From positions 1,520 to 65,519 of the forward strand of contig JAFXSR010000046.1 of NCBI GenBank assembly GCA_017525505.1: 64,000 nt of DNA. Reading direction: 5' to 3'. How positions within the stretch are numbered: the first letter of the stretch is position 1; the number at the start of each line of letters is the position of its first letter. This document shows positions 53,191-64,000 of this stretch, piece after piece. The translations under genes were made by a program, and so were the position numbers. The DNA comes from Bacteroidales bacterium. Lineage in GTDB: Bacteria > Bacteroidota > Bacteroidia > Bacteroidales > WCHB1-69. Under the pieces are notes generated by a model that did no database searches, had not been told where the DNA came from, and worked only from the letters and a program-made list of their open reading frames with translations.

Positions 53191-54093
53191 ATGAAAGGCA
53201 AAAACTGGTTTTACTATCTCTTGCTGGTGAGCTCCGCCGCACTGTGGGGCAGCTCTTTCATTTTCACCAAACAGCTGCTTGAGCTTGCCGACCCTGTGGT
53301 CATCATCTGTTCGCGCGTGATGATTGCCGGTCCGTTTTTCCTGCTGCTCTGCCTCCTGTTTTTCCGCAAGGACCTGCGCATTGCCCGCAAGGACCTCCCT
53401 ATCCTCTTTGCCTTCAGCTGCTTCGAACCCTTTCTATATTTCATCTTCGAAACTTACAGTCTCACCCGTTGCGATGCGTCCATTGTGTCCATCATTGTGG
53501 CCACCATTCCCATCGCCACGGCATTTCTCTCCATCTTCTACTTCAAAGAAAACTTCACAAAACTGAATCTCTTCGGTGTTTTTGTATCTTTTTCGGGCAT
53601 CTTTCTGATGCTGTTTCCGGCTTTTATGAACGCCTCCGTCAGCGTGACCGGCGTATTGTTGGCCTTTGGTGCCGTCTTATCCTCCGTAGGCTACATGTTT
53701 TTCCTGCGCAAGCTCCCGGAGCACTATAATCCGGTTGTCATCATCACCTATCAAAACCTGATCGGCCTGGCTTTATTCACCCCGCTGATGCTGCTGATCA
53801 CCGACCATTCGACACTGGGCAGCCAGTTGGGAGCCCTTTTCAGTCCCCCGCAATTGTACTATCTTGCCAGCCTCGCCATCCTCTGTTCCGCCTTGGCTTT
53901 CATGTTCTACCTGCAAGGCTTACGGCATTTCGGTGTGGGAAAAGCCAACACCTTCACCAATCTCATCCCCATCGTCACGGCAGTGTTGTCGTTCTTCCTC
54001 TTGCAAGAACAATTCCCCTTATACAAGATTCTGGGCATCATCATCGTCATTGTAGGTATCTTCCTGGTACAAAAGAAAACTTCGAAGCTGTAA
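53191..54093 (+). CDS. DMT-superfamily (EamA) transporter
   Basis: 300 aa with about 10 TM helices and two EamA-like halves. The N-terminus reads SSAALWGSSFIFTK. Confidence 0.75.
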   Translation: MKGKNWFYYLLLVSSAALWGSSFIFTKQLLELADPVVIICSRVMIAGPFFLLLCLLFFRKDLRIARKDLPILFAFSCFEPFLYFIFETYSLTRCDASIVSIIVATIPIATAFLSIFYFKENFTKLNLFGVFVSFSGIFLMLFPAFMNASVSVTGVLLAFGAVLSSVGYMFFLRKLPEHYNPVVIITYQNLIGLALFTPLMLLITDHSTLGSQLGALFSPPQLYYLASLAILCSALAFMFYLQGLRHFGVGKANTFTNLIPIVTAVLSFFLLQEQFPLYKILGIIIVIVGIFLVQKKTSKL

Positions 54094-54171
54094 TCTTCAA
54101 CCATTGATGTAGACGATTACTCTGCGGGTGCTACGCTTTGCCATAAACTTGTTTTGTGGCAAAGATGGCCT

Positions 54172-54642
54172 TTAGTTGTCCCTTTTTCCTCTTACCTTTA
54201 CATCCAAAGGATGTTCTTGAATGAATCTTTGGTATTCTTCTTTTCTCTGAATATCATCAGTGAAACATAAGCCATAAATATCGTCCGTCAAAAAAATATC
54301 ACAATCATATTCAGCTTCATTAAGTATAACGTTGTTGTCTCCTAACCACCCATAATTCCAATCACAGGGCATAATATTATAAGGATCCATGGAATTTAAA
54401 CTGCATAATGATAAATTGAAGCTATTCCCAACAGCAACATTACAGCAATCGTTTTCCACTTTTCTTGTAACTATTTTGAACTTCCTCTCTTTATTATAAG
54501 CATATATTATCATGTAGTCGTTTGTGGAATCTATTCGCTCAATTACAACTTCACATTGAATACTTTTACAACCCTCAGGTATTTGTGCAAAACAACTGCT
54601 AAAAATCGAAAAAAGAAGTATTATACATAATATTTTTTTCAT
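54172..54642 (-). CDS. Hypothetical secreted protein
   Basis: Start set at MKKILCIILLFSIFSSCFAQ. AT-rich. Confidence 0.4.
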   Translation of the reverse strand: MKKILCIILLFSIFSSCFAQIPEGCKSIQCEVVIERIDSTNDYMIIYAYNKERKFKIVTRKVENDCCNVAVGNSFNLSLCSLNSMDPYNIMPCDWNYGWLGDNNVILNEAEYDCDIFLTDDIYGLCFTDDIQRKEEYQRFIQEHPLDVKVRGKRDN

Positions 54643-54921
54643 AATATCACTTTTTTGGGGAAGCTTACAGATATAAATCATTTGATGTCTTAATCTTTCG
54701 AAAAACCACTGATTCATACCAGATTGTTTAACAATGCAAAGATAATATAAATTTTCATTCCTCATTTCATTGATAATATTTATTTGAAAAACAGACCAGA
54801 AAATATATTTTTGAATATTTTGTAATTTATATCCAAATTAATTTGTATATTTGCAGCTGAATTTCAGGTTTTGTTAATAAAATCCGGATGTAAAATTTGA
54901 CTTTGTTAAATTTAAAGCACT

Positions 54922-55860
54922 ATGGGACAGACTAGAAAGACTGAGTATTATCTTGATTTGAGAACGGATTACGGATTCAAGCGTGTATTTGGAGAAAACC
55001 CAGATATATTGAAGAGCCTGCTCAATGAATTCCTCCATGAGGTTATCGGAAGAAAGATTACCGATGTTGTTTATCTACAGACAGAGATGCTTGGATTCTC
55101 GAACAAGGAGAAGAGAATTATCTTTGACCTGTATTGTGAGGACAAGATTATGAACAGGATGATTGTGGAGATGCAACGAGCCGAACAGGAGTATTACGAG
55201 AGCCGGATGTTGTACTATATGGGGAGGAGCATCAGCAAGAGTGTGAAGCGTGGAGACCTGAAGTACCGAATGCAGAAGATTATATCGTTACATTTACTTG
55301 ATTACAAGAGCGTTTGGTTTAATAATTCGGATGAATTGGTGCGGACTATACAACTAAAGGACGATAAAAATAAAATTTTTTCAGAAAAAGTTGCTATAGT
55401 TTTGGTGAATTTATGTAATTTTGCAAGCAGAAAGAGGACGATTGAGCTTCCAAGTCTCCGTCACAAATGGGCGTATTTGCTGAAGAACATGCAGAAAATG
55501 ACCCTGAAAGACGAGGCCAAAGAAACAGATCCAATCTTCAAGAGACTATACGAGGAGAGCAGATTGTCAAACTTAAACGAAGAGGAAATGGAAGAATACA
55601 AGAAAAGCGTATTGGAGTACCAAGATGTGCAAGACGCCATCGAATGTGCTAGCAAAAGGAGTGAGGCAAGGGGCATGGCAAGAGGTGAGGCGCGTGGTGA
55701 AGCAAGAGGAATAAAGGCTGGCATTGCAGAAGGTATAGTTAGAGGAGAAAACAATGCCAAGCGTGCAATAATTGCACAAATGCTCGAAAACGGCCTTTCT
55801 GTTCCTATAATCATCAAATTAACAGGCCTTTCCGAGGACGAGGTTCAGTCGTTAAGTTAA
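54922..55860 (+). CDS. Rpn-family recombination-promoting nuclease / PD-(D/E)XK putative transposase
   Basis: DLRTDYGFKRVFGENPDILKSLLNEFL...IIFDLYCEDKIMNRMIVEMQ is typical of the family. The C-terminus has ARGEARGEARG repeats. A TATATTTG box lies upstream. Confidence 0.7.
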   Translation: MGQTRKTEYYLDLRTDYGFKRVFGENPDILKSLLNEFLHEVIGRKITDVVYLQTEMLGFSNKEKRIIFDLYCEDKIMNRMIVEMQRAEQEYYESRMLYYMGRSISKSVKRGDLKYRMQKIISLHLLDYKSVWFNNSDELVRTIQLKDDKNKIFSEKVAIVLVNLCNFASRKRTIELPSLRHKWAYLLKNMQKMTLKDEAKETDPIFKRLYEESRLSNLNEEEMEEYKKSVLEYQDVQDAIECASKRSEARGMARGEARGEARGIKAGIAEGIVRGENNAKRAIIAQMLENGLSVPIIIKLTGLSEDEVQSLS

Positions 55861-55972
55861 TAACACAGTTTTCTTATAGATTTGGCACTGCGTGCTAATC
55901 AATATGGCAGTCTAATATCAGAAATAAAGAATAAGGCTGCCATAATATGACAGCCCTACAATATTAAAATGT

Positions 55973-56005
55973 AATTTGAATTCTGAATTCTGAATTCTAA
56001 ATTTC
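55973..56005. repeat. Heptamer array (gaattct) in a convergent spacer
   Basis: aatttgaattctgaattctgaattctaaatttc. Confidence 0.8.
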
Positions 56006-56007
56006 TT

Positions 56008-57162
56008 TTAGTTCTTCAGCGCAGCAATTTCCTTGATAGCAGTGATGGCAGCATCGATATCGGCTTCGGTGTTGAAAGCGCCGATGCTCAAACGAACGGT
56101 ACCGTGAATGTCGATGGTGCCGATACCTACGTGTACCTTTGGAGCACATTGCAAACCGGTACGGCAAGCGATATCGTGGTCCACATCCAGCATCGTACCC
56201 ACATCGCCAGCTTCGAAACCATTGATATTGATAGACATCACAGGATTGTGATTTTCCACCGACTCAGCACAATATAAGGTTACGCCAGGCACATCTTTGA
56301 TACCGAGACGCAGTTTCTCCCACAGTCTCATTTCCTGAGCATGAATATTCTCCACACCTTTCTCCATCACCCATTTCACGCCCGCATGCAAACCAGCTAC
56401 GCCCAAAACATTCAGAGTTCCAGCTTCCAAACGATAAGGATATTCATCCAAATGGCCGGGATAAGCGGAACGTACACCAGTGCCTCCGAAGCGGGTATGC
56501 TTGATCTCGATGCCTTCGCGTACGTATGAACCGCCAATACCGGTGGGTCCCATCAGGCATTTGTGACCGGTAAAAGCATAGCAGTCAACACCATAGTTAA
56601 TCATATCCATGGTATTGGCACCAGCGCCCTGGCTACCGTCCACCACAAAAATCAAACCGTGCTTCTTGCAAATCTTACCGATTTCAGCAATGGGCTGCAC
56701 AGTGCCAATCACGTTGGAACACTGGGTGCAAACCACAAATTTGGTATTCGGTTTGATGGCTTTCTCAATATCATCAGGATCCACATAACCATGTTTATCA
56801 AAAGGCACGTAAGTCACCTCGATAATACCTCTCTCCTGCATCACATACAAGGGACGGAGAACAGAGTTATGCTCAAGCATAGTGGTAATCACATGGGCAC
56901 CTTTTTCCACCAGACCTTGTATCAATATGTTTAAAGAATCCGTAGCATTATAACTGAAAGTCAAACGATTGGGATCGTCACCACCATTAAACAACTTCGT
57001 AAGCATTTTACGAGTTTCCTCAACCATTTCGCCTGTTTCAATAGCAGCGTCAAAGCCCGAACGGCCAGGACTGACACCATGGTCGCGGTAAAAGCTGTTC
57101 ATAAAATCATAAACCTCTACAGGCTTTGGGAAAGAAGTTGCGGAATTGTCTAAATATATCAT
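56008..57162 (-). CDS. Class V aminotransferase-fold PLP enzyme (cysteine desulfurase family)
   Basis: IYLDNSATSFPKP and FTGHKCLMGPTGIGGSYV (PLP lysine context). Confidence 0.8.
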   Translation of the reverse strand: MIYLDNSATSFPKPVEVYDFMNSFYRDHGVSPGRSGFDAAIETGEMVEETRKMLTKLFNGGDDPNRLTFSYNATDSLNILIQGLVEKGAHVITTMLEHNSVLRPLYVMQERGIIEVTYVPFDKHGYVDPDDIEKAIKPNTKFVVCTQCSNVIGTVQPIAEIGKICKKHGLIFVVDGSQGAGANTMDMINYGVDCYAFTGHKCLMGPTGIGGSYVREGIEIKHTRFGGTGVRSAYPGHLDEYPYRLEAGTLNVLGVAGLHAGVKWVMEKGVENIHAQEMRLWEKLRLGIKDVPGVTLYCAESVENHNPVMSININGFEAGDVGTMLDVDHDIACRTGLQCAPKVHVGIGTIDIHGTVRLSIGAFNTEADIDAAITAIKEIAALKN

Positions 57163-57281
57163 ATCTTTACACTTTTAAATCGGCGGCAAAGATACAAATT
57201 TTCTGTTAACAAAAGTTAATTCAGTGATTTTTTTTTGTACAGAATCTGCCCTCTCAAACTCAAGCCTGCGAAGGAAAGCGC

Positions 57282-59072
57282 TTAATCCAGCTTCAGCACA
57301 GCGAGGAATGCGGACTGCGGCACCTGAACGTTACCAATTTGGCGCATACGTTTCTTACCCTGCTTCTGCTTCTCCAACAGTTTACGCTTACGTGTGATAT
57401 CACCGCCGTAACACTTGGCGGTCACATCCTTACGCACCGCCTTCACCGTTTCGCGGGCAATAATCTTGGTACCGATAGCCGCCTGGATGGCAATATCGAA
57501 CTGCTGTCTGGGAATCAGTTCCTTTAATTTCTCGCAGATACGGCGACCGAAAGCATAGGCATTGTCGGCATGAATCAGCGATGACAAGGCATCCACGGAA
57601 TCACCATTCAGAAGGATGTCCAGTTTCACCAGCTGTGCGGGTTTGTAATCTGAAATATGATAATCGAAGGAAGCATATCCTTTGGAAATACTCTTCAGTT
57701 TGTCATAAAAATCGAAAATAATCTCACCTAAAGGCAAATAGAAAGACAATTCGATACGGTCAGTTGAAATGTACGTTTGGTTAATCAGCGTGCCGCGCTT
57801 GTCGAGGCAGAGTTTCATTACGGGACCGATAAACTCGGCCTTGGTGATAATCTGCGCCAAAATGAAAGGCTCTTCCACATGGTCGATGGCATTAGAGGCG
57901 GGCATACCTGAAGGATTATGCACCTCCAGCACCTCTCGCTTGGTGGTAATGACTCTGTATGACACATTAGGCACGGTGGCAATCACATCCATGTCGAACT
58001 CTCTATCCAAGCGTTCCTGCACGATTTCCATGTGCAGCAGGCCCAAGAAACCGCAGCGGAAACCGAAGCCCAATGCGGCGGAGGATTCTGGAACAAAAGT
58101 CAAAGAGGCATCGTTCAACTGCAATTTCTCCAGCGAAGAACGCAGCTCCTCATAGTCATCAGCATTAGTGGGATAGATACCGGCAAACAGCATCGGTTTC
58201 ACCTCCTGGAAACCCGCAACCGCCTCTGAACAAGGATTGTTGACATGGGTAATGGTGTCACCTACCCTCACCTCCTTGGAAGTCTTGATACCTGAAATAA
58301 TATAGCCCACATCGCCAGCGGACAGTTCCGCCTTAGGCTCCTGGTTGAGGCGCAACACACCGATTTCGTCAGCATAATACTCCTTACCCGTGGCCATAAA
58401 TTTCACAAAATCGTTGGTCTTAATCGTCCCGTTTTTGATACGGAAATATGCGATAATACCTCTATAGGAGTTGAAAACAGAGTCAAAAATCAATGCTTGC
58501 AGCGGAGCAGCAGGGTCTCCAACGGGAGCGGGAATTTTCTCGATGATAGCGGCGAGAATCTCCTCCACGCCCGCACCGGTCTTGCCGCTGGCCTCGATAA
58601 TGTCAGAGGCGTCGCAGCCAATCAAATCCACTATCTGGTCTTTCACCTCGTCGGGCATAGCGGCCGGCATGTCCATTTTGTTCAGCACCGGAATGATTTC
58701 CAGATCATTCTCAATGGCCAGATAAAGGTTCGAAATCGTCTGAGCCTGAACACCTTGTGTGGCATCAATCAGCAACAAAGCACCCTCGCAGGCGGCAATG
58801 GAACGGGAAACCTCGTACGAGAAGTCCACATGGCCCGGCGTGTCAATCAGGTTCAGCACATATTCCTCTCCTTTGTATTTGTAATTCATCTGAATAGCAT
58901 GGCTCTTGATGGTAATGCCACGCTCACGCTCCAAATCCATATCATCCAGCACCTGATCCTGAAAATCACGCTCGTTCACCGTACCTGTATATTGCAGCAA
59001 ACGGTCGGCTAAAGTACTCTTACCATGGTCGATATGGGCAATAATGCAAAAATTCCTAATATTCTTCATCAT
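57282..59072 (-). CDS. lepA: Translation elongation factor 4
   Basis: [30 protein letters not shown] and NKMD are present. The LepA-specific C-terminal domain reads ...[23 protein letters not shown]. Confidence 0.92.
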   Translation of the reverse strand: MMKNIRNFCIIAHIDHGKSTLADRLLQYTGTVNERDFQDQVLDDMDLERERGITIKSHAIQMNYKYKGEEYVLNLIDTPGHVDFSYEVSRSIAACEGALLLIDATQGVQAQTISNLYLAIENDLEIIPVLNKMDMPAAMPDEVKDQIVDLIGCDASDIIEASGKTGAGVEEILAAIIEKIPAPVGDPAAPLQALIFDSVFNSYRGIIAYFRIKNGTIKTNDFVKFMATGKEYYADEIGVLRLNQEPKAELSAGDVGYIISGIKTSKEVRVGDTITHVNNPCSEAVAGFQEVKPMLFAGIYPTNADDYEELRSSLEKLQLNDASLTFVPESSAALGFGFRCGFLGLLHMEIVQERLDREFDMDVIATVPNVSYRVITTKREVLEVHNPSGMPASNAIDHVEEPFILAQIITKAEFIGPVMKLCLDKRGTLINQTYISTDRIELSFYLPLGEIIFDFYDKLKSISKGYASFDYHISDYKPAQLVKLDILLNGDSVDALSSLIHADNAYAFGRRICEKLKELIPRQQFDIAIQAAIGTKIIARETVKAVRKDVTAKCYGGDITRKRKLLEKQKQGKKRMRQIGNVQVPQSAFLAVLKLD

Positions 59073-59093
59073 GACGGCAAAAATACGAAAAAT

Positions 59094-59366
59094 TTACTCT
59101 TCCTCCACACAATCCTTGTACTGTTTTTGCAGGGAAGCTCGCTCACGCTGAATTTTGTACAATTGATTTGCCAAATCCACCGAATCTATCTTCCCCTCCT
59201 CATAACTGTAAATCCAAGCCTCCTCCGACTGGTCATAATAATGCATGATATCGTTGTAATACGAGCATTTCTCCTTCTTGCACGAAATCAGTCCCAGAAA
59301 CATGAACACCACCACGCCAAACGCTACCATTTTACCACTAATACATTTCAATATTTTCATATTCAA
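59094..59366 (-). CDS. Small hypothetical lipoprotein
   Basis: 90 aa with lipobox (FLGLISC). A TATTTTTG box lies upstream. Confidence 0.4.
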   Translation of the reverse strand: MNMKILKCISGKMVAFGVVVFMFLGLISCKKEKCSYYNDIMHYYDQSEEAWIYSYEEGKIDSVDLANQLYKIQRERASLQKQYKDCVEEE

Positions 59367-59534
59367 TGCTTTAACCTTAAAAGGATAAACAAAAAAATTT
59401 TTGCAAAAATACAGATTTTTGTTGATTCTATATACTTTCTATAACGAATTGTTTATGACAAAAATTTTTCTAAATTTGCACTTTAAAGAGTTTTTGTCTC
59501 CAAAAAAACATAACATACTGAAAAGCAGAAATTT

Positions 59535-60794
59535 ATGAAGAAATTTATACTCCTTTCCTTTTGTCTGTTTTCCCTAGTTTCTTTTGTTTTTGCACAAAAT
59601 GTGGTTACCATTGAGCAATGTCAGGAATGGGCTGTAGCACAATCATCCGCCAATGTTCAGAAAGAGTTGAACGATAAATTGCTGAAAGTCAAGTTGAACA
59701 ATGCGGCGTCTCATATTTTCCCAAAACTGGAGATCAACGGTGAGGCCGCCTATCGCTCGGATGTGCCCCAGCTGTATCCTTACGTTGACGGGGCCGACAC
59801 CTTCAACAACCATCAGTATTTTATAGGAATTGATTTCGAGCAGGTGATTTTTGAGGGCGGAAAGCTATATTACGGACGACGCTATGAGAAACTGGCCAAT
59901 GAGGCGGAGATTTACAAGGTGGAGATTGCCATCAACGAAATGAAGGAGCAGGTGATCAAGCTGTACCTGAGTCTGCTGATTCTGGACAAGCACCTACACA
60001 TCCTCAACAATGCCGAGGAGGTGCTGCAAAAACAGCTTGCGCAGCTCAACTCGCTGCAAACCAACGGCATCATTCCCGCCAGTGCGGTATCACAGTTGGA
60101 AGTCGAAATGTTGAAAGTGGGACAGAACAAGGGAGAGCTGCAAGCTAAGAAAGAGTCGCTGATTGCCTCCTTGTCGATTCTCACGGGCAAAGACCTCTCC
60201 AAAGTGGAGTTTGCCGTACCCGATGTACCCTCTGTGGATATCAATTCCGAATCGGCGCGTCTGGAGTACAAAATCTTCGAGAACGGAAAGGAGACCATGG
60301 AATTCCAGCGCAAGCTGCACCTCGCCAACAGTCTTCCGCGCATGTCTTTGTTCGCCACCGGAGGCTACGGCCGTCCCAACAACAACTTTTTCAACCCGAA
60401 TTTCCACTGGTACTATGAAGTGGGAGTACGCGTTAACATTCCGCTTATCGACTGGGCCAAGAGCACTGGCGTGTCCAATGTCATCAATTTGCAGAAGGCC
60501 ATCCTGACCAGTCAGGAAAGCGATTTCGCCAAGGGCAACAACATTGCCATCCAGGAAAAAAGATTTGAAATACAGCGTATTGAGAACATGCTGGTCATCG
60601 ACAAACAGATCACGGAAAAGCAGAAAGAAATCACCGCCGCATTCTCCATACAACTGCTCAACGGTACCATCACGGCCTACGACTATATCAAGCAGCAAAA
60701 CGACGAAACCCAGTCGTTGCTCGACCAGGAGGTCCATTCCATACAATTACTGAAAGCCAAATATGAGCTTTTGGCGCTGACTGGCCGCCTGTAA
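59535..60794 (+). CDS. TolC-family outer-membrane efflux protein
   Basis: 419 aa with a signal peptide and two repeated coiled-coil/beta halves. The N-terminus reads TIEQCQEWAVAQSSANVQ. No RND or MFP partner is present in the window. Confidence 0.75.
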   Translation: MKKFILLSFCLFSLVSFVFAQNVVTIEQCQEWAVAQSSANVQKELNDKLLKVKLNNAASHIFPKLEINGEAAYRSDVPQLYPYVDGADTFNNHQYFIGIDFEQVIFEGGKLYYGRRYEKLANEAEIYKVEIAINEMKEQVIKLYLSLLILDKHLHILNNAEEVLQKQLAQLNSLQTNGIIPASAVSQLEVEMLKVGQNKGELQAKKESLIASLSILTGKDLSKVEFAVPDVPSVDINSESARLEYKIFENGKETMEFQRKLHLANSLPRMSLFATGGYGRPNNNFFNPNFHWYYEVGVRVNIPLIDWAKSTGVSNVINLQKAILTSQESDFAKGNNIAIQEKRFEIQRIENMLVIDKQITEKQKEITAAFSIQLLNGTITAYDYIKQQNDETQSLLDQEVHSIQLLKAKYELLALTGRL

Positions 60795-60804
60795 TCCCAA
60801 AGGG

Positions 60805-61722
60805 CTATTGTCCGTGATAAACCAGCCTGTCGGTCTTCGCAGCGTAACCACACCACACTCCCGTCACATTGTCACCCTTGATATTTGAAATGGTAGGAGC
60901 CGGGTTTGTAAACGGATTCTGGCCCAGCGAAGCGCTGTTGCCGCCAGTGTTCCAGAACTGATAGCTGTCATAGTCAATCAAACCATATTTCACGTAAACG
61001 GTGTCGCCCGGTCGATACGACACACGGAAATACTCTTTTTGCTCCTCTTCTGTCATCAGTGGCATAAAGAAAGCGGAAGGATTGGCTCTGAGGACCTCAT
61101 AATTAAAAGTAAGTCCATTGAAAGTGGCATCATCAAAAGCCACTGGCAACGTGGTCACCCACACTCTGTCACGTATGGTTTTGCAACGGAGCTTTACAAA
61201 AAACTGGTAGAAGTTCGCCTCCTGCGGATCATCGGACAAAAGCACACGGATGGTCTTACGGGTGTTGCCCATCAGGTTCGACTCATTATAAAAACCAATG
61301 GAATCCAAGTCGAAGGTATGCAAAACACGGGTGGAAGCGGTATATTTCTTCCCATGCCACTCTATTTCCAGGTCGTAACGCATGTTTTCCCTACCCGGAA
61401 AACGTCCGACATAAGCATAACGGAACGGTGATTCGTCACACGGGCCAAAGGTCAAGCGCTGCCCTTCTCCATCCTCGGCATACACAATAACCGACGCATC
61501 CATAACCAGCACATTGTCCATAATATAATTATAGTCCATATACTGGAAATACGGCACACTGCGTGACAGCATCACCCTGGGAGGCTGTCCATTCTCGATA
61601 TAGCCTTCCACTACCAATTTCGGCTCATAGTCTGGCAAATCCACTTCTATTTCAGACTGGCAAGCCTGAAACAGCAGTGAAAAAAAGAGGCTAACTCCCA
61701 ATAAGAAATACTTTGCATTCAT
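60805..61722 (-). CDS. DUF4249-family lipoprotein
   Basis: It has a lipobox (LLFQAC), and PKLVVEGYIENGQPPRVMLSRS is typical of DUF4249. It lies directly downstream of a TonB-dependent receptor. Confidence 0.6.
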   Translation of the reverse strand: MNAKYFLLGVSLFFSLLFQACQSEIEVDLPDYEPKLVVEGYIENGQPPRVMLSRSVPYFQYMDYNYIMDNVLVMDASVIVYAEDGEGQRLTFGPCDESPFRYAYVGRFPGRENMRYDLEIEWHGKKYTASTRVLHTFDLDSIGFYNESNLMGNTRKTIRVLLSDDPQEANFYQFFVKLRCKTIRDRVWVTTLPVAFDDATFNGLTFNYEVLRANPSAFFMPLMTEEEQKEYFRVSYRPGDTVYVKYGLIDYDSYQFWNTGGNSASLGQNPFTNPAPTISNIKGDNVTGVWCGYAAKTDRLVYHGQ

Positions 61723-64000
61723 TATTTGATCTTAAAATTCCAGGTTATTGACGGCATGATCGGCACGAGACTCATCTGGTAAGCCTTGGTCTCCATTTCA
61801 AAGACGCGATTCGACAAATCCACATTGGTTTTGGTTTCATAGAAGATGAAGAAAGGATTCTTCCGGTTATACACGTTATATATGGAGAAATTCAGGCTAG
61901 TTTCGAAGTGGCGACGTTTGGCGATAAACCAATCCAAGGAGAAATCCAGACGGTGGTATGGTCCCATGCGGTACTCGTTGCGCTTGCTGTATTCCTGCAC
62001 CATGCTGCCGTTGAATTCGTAAAAGCCCAGCGGAACGGTCATGGCATTGCCCGTGGCATACACCCACACCAACGACACGGTCAGTTTGTTTGGCAAAATC
62101 TCGTACGACAGGTTGATGCTCACATCATGACGACGGTCGTGCTTGGCATAGAAGGGTTCTCCGCCATTCAGCTCATCAAAATGACGTTTGGTAAAGGACA
62201 GGGTATAGCCCACAAAACCGGTGAAGCGGCCCTTGCTTTTCTTGAAGAAAAACTCCACGCCAGTGGAATAACCATCCCCGAAAGTGTACATCTGGTCGGG
62301 ATTGATCATCAGCGAATTGAAAGCCAAGCCGTCCTTATACTCCGCCAGATTATACATCTTCTTGTAGTAACCATCGATATAGGCCTCAAACATGTTCTTG
62401 TGGAAATTCTGGTACAATCCCAGCGACACCTGCACACAAGCTTGCGGCTTCAGCAGGTCTGTAGAAGGCATCCACACATCCACGGGCAGCGAGATGGTGG
62501 ACAAAGGAATCTGGTGGAGATACTGGTAGTTGAGGGTTGCGGAAGCCTTGATAGACGTATATTCCGCCACACGGAAGCACATATTCAAACGGGGCTCTAG
62601 CCTGTTGTATTGGGAGACCCGTTGTCCCGGGCGATACACGACAGAATCGATGACCATATCCCGATTGTCGAGGATATAACGGGTAAAGCTGCCCACATGT
62701 TCAAAATGCGAGTAACGAAGACCGATGTTGACTTTCAACCATTTGGCGATATCCCATTCGTCAGAGGCATAGATTCCCAACTCGTGGGCATACAGCGGAG
62801 TGGTTTTCGGCAAGGAGAGATTGATTTGGGACCCAGCCTCCACATCGTAATCATTCGGTCGCATCACATGATATATGTAATGCACGCCAAAACGCAGGTT
62901 GTGTTTTGGAGACGGAAGGTAAGTCAGTTCGCTCTTCACCGCATATTCCTCCAGTCCCGACTTCAGCTCAAACTTATACACATCCATACTCATCAAGGTG
63001 GAGAAATCATAATGGCTGAACGTAAAGAAAGTGTTCAGGAACAAACGGGGAGAGATGATGTAGTTCCAACGGGCGCTGGCCATGGCATTGGCCCACAGGA
63101 AATTCACCTTTAACATGTCGGAACGTGACTTGAAACCATAGCAATCACGCCCGTAGTAACCTCCAAAATACAAGCGGTGTTTGTCGTTGATCACCACATT
63201 GAACTTGGCGTTCAGGTCATAAAAATAGAATTTCAGGCCCTTCATCTGATGTTTTTTGGGCAGGAAAGGCTGAATCAGCAAATCGACGTATGTACGGCGA
63301 CCGGAGATGATAAAGGAACATTTGTCCTTTTTGATAGGGCCCTGGAGGGTAAATTTGGAAAAAAGAAGACCTATACTGCCGTCGAACTCATACTTTTTCA
63401 TATTGCCCTCTTTCTGCGACACGTCGATAATGGATGACAGACGGCCGCCGTAATATGCGGGAATTCCGGACTTATAGACCTCCACATTCCGGATAGCATC
63501 GGTGTTGAACACCGAGAAAAAGCCGAACAAATGGCTGGCATTATAAATGGTGGCCTCATCGAGCAGCACCAGGTTCTGGTCGGCGGCGCCACCACGAACA
63601 TACAAGCCGCTGTTACCCTCGCTACCGGAAGAGAAGCCCGGCAGCAGCTGCACAGCCTTGAGGATATCGGCCTCGCCCAAAAAAGCGGGCATCTTCTTGA
63701 TGGCCTGTACCTGCAGATCCACCTTGCCCACATCAACGCTGCTGACATTATGGTCGCCCTGTTGTCCGGTCACCACCACTTCTTCTGTCAGGATGGCCGC
63801 AGGGTCAAGGGCGATATTCATGCTTCGGTTGCCTTCCAGCTGAATCATTTCGGAATACTCTTTGTAGCCCATAAAAGACACTTTGAACAGGTAGGCACCC
63901 GGATAGACAGAGACAGAATAAAAACCCGCCTTGTTGCTGACGCAACCTTGCGGGTTAGAAGGGTTGACCGTATCGGTCAGAACAATATACGCACCTGTTA
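61722..64000 (-). CDS. TonB-dependent receptor with CarboxypepD_reg-like N-terminal domain (5' end outside the window)
   Basis: The frame stays open to position 64000 (…GAYIVLTDTVNPSNPQGCVSNKAGFYSVSVYPGAYLFKVSFMGYKEY). It contains plug and barrel motifs and ends with an aromatic residue-rich C-terminus ...SITWNFKIK. Confidence 0.85.
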   Translation of the reverse strand, partial: TGAYIVLTDTVNPSNPQGCVSNKAGFYSVSVYPGAYLFKVSFMGYKEYSEMIQLEGNRSMNIALDPAAILTEEVVVTGQQGDHNVSSVDVGKVDLQVQAIKKMPAFLGEADILKAVQLLPGFSSGSEGNSGLYVRGGAADQNLVLLDEATIYNASHLFGFFSVFNTDAIRNVEVYKSGIPAYYGGRLSSIIDVSQKEGNMKKYEFDGSIGLLFSKFTLQGPIKKDKCSFIISGRRTYVDLLIQPFLPKKHQMKGLKFYFYDLNAKFNVVINDKHRLYFGGYYGRDCYGFKSRSDMLKVNFLWANAMASARWNYIISPRLFLNTFFTFSHYDFSTLMSMDVYKFELKSGLEEYAVKSELTYLPSPKHNLRFGVHYIYHVMRPNDYDVEAGSQINLSLPKTTPLYAHELGIYASDEWDIAKWLKVNIGLRYSHFEHVGSFTRYILDNRDMVIDSVVYRPGQRVSQYNRLEPRLNMCFRVAEYTSIKASATLNYQYLHQIPLSTISLPVDVWMPSTDLLKPQACVQVSLGLYQNFHKNMFEAYIDGYYKKMYNLAEYKDGLAFNSLMINPDQMYTFGDGYSTGVEFFFKKSKGRFTGFVGYTLSFTKRHFDELNGGEPFYAKHDRRHDVSINLSYEILPNKLTVSLVWVYATGNAMTVPLGFYEFNGSMVQEYSKRNEYRMGPYHRLDFSLDWFIAKRRHFETSLNFSIYNVYNRKNPFFIFYETKTNVDLSNRVFEMETKAYQMSLVPIMPSITWNFKIK

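Noticed and set aside
54922-55860. Rpn/PD-(D/E)XK transposase-like gene considered as an active insertion sequence
   Set aside because: I could not find terminal inverted repeats or target duplications around it. This family is abundant as stand-alone genes in Bacteroidales. The ARGEARGEARG C-terminal repeat is a family trait.
59078-59085. TATTTTTG box 5 nt upstream of the lepA ATG
   Set aside because: It is too close to the start codon to serve as a normal -7 box unless the mRNA is leaderless. It is not reported as a feature.

Overview
This 64-kb chromosomal segment has the hallmarks of a Bacteroidales (Bacteroidota) genome. These are T9SS C-terminal sorting domains, TAnnTTTG -7 promoter boxes about 15-60 nt upstream of many start codons, a CarboxypepD_reg-type TonB-dependent receptor followed by DUF4249, an Rpn/PD-(D/E)XK transposase-like gene, and the sigma54 activator-lptE-secG synteny.

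Most of the window is housekeeping: recO, rbfA, dnaB, a stand-alone EF-G paralogue, panCD, gpmA, glmM, glyA, secG and lepA. I recognised no rRNA, tRNA, CRISPR array, integrase or prophage.

The accessory or unusual content is as follows.
1. A shared vocabulary of 7-8 nt words repeated in drifting tandem arrays fills many intergenic spacers. It also intrudes in frame into coding sequence: the vsr core, the fructokinase C-terminus, and the last codons of trmH, a thioesterase and the PPAD-like gene.
2. A family of MITE-like elements is built from CCCCRCAC...GTRTGGGG and GCCTC-TTCG-GAGGC hairpin modules. There are five copies. Two direct copies bracket an AT-rich island of secreted-protein genes plus an orphan ParE-like toxin. 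Two inverted copies bracket an 8-kb housekeeping block.
3. An HpaII-type restriction-modification cassette with a controller HTH lies beside a decayed vsr 3' fragment and a frameshifted TSCPD paralogue. The intact vsr lies 6 kb away.
4. A nucleotidyltransferase + Nudix two-gene cassette is bracketed by a 41-bp direct repeat of the vsr start.
5. A secreted PPAD-like (Porphyromonas-type arginine deiminase family) T9SS cargo protein is present.

All functional calls come from reading motifs in the supplied translations. No database search was run.
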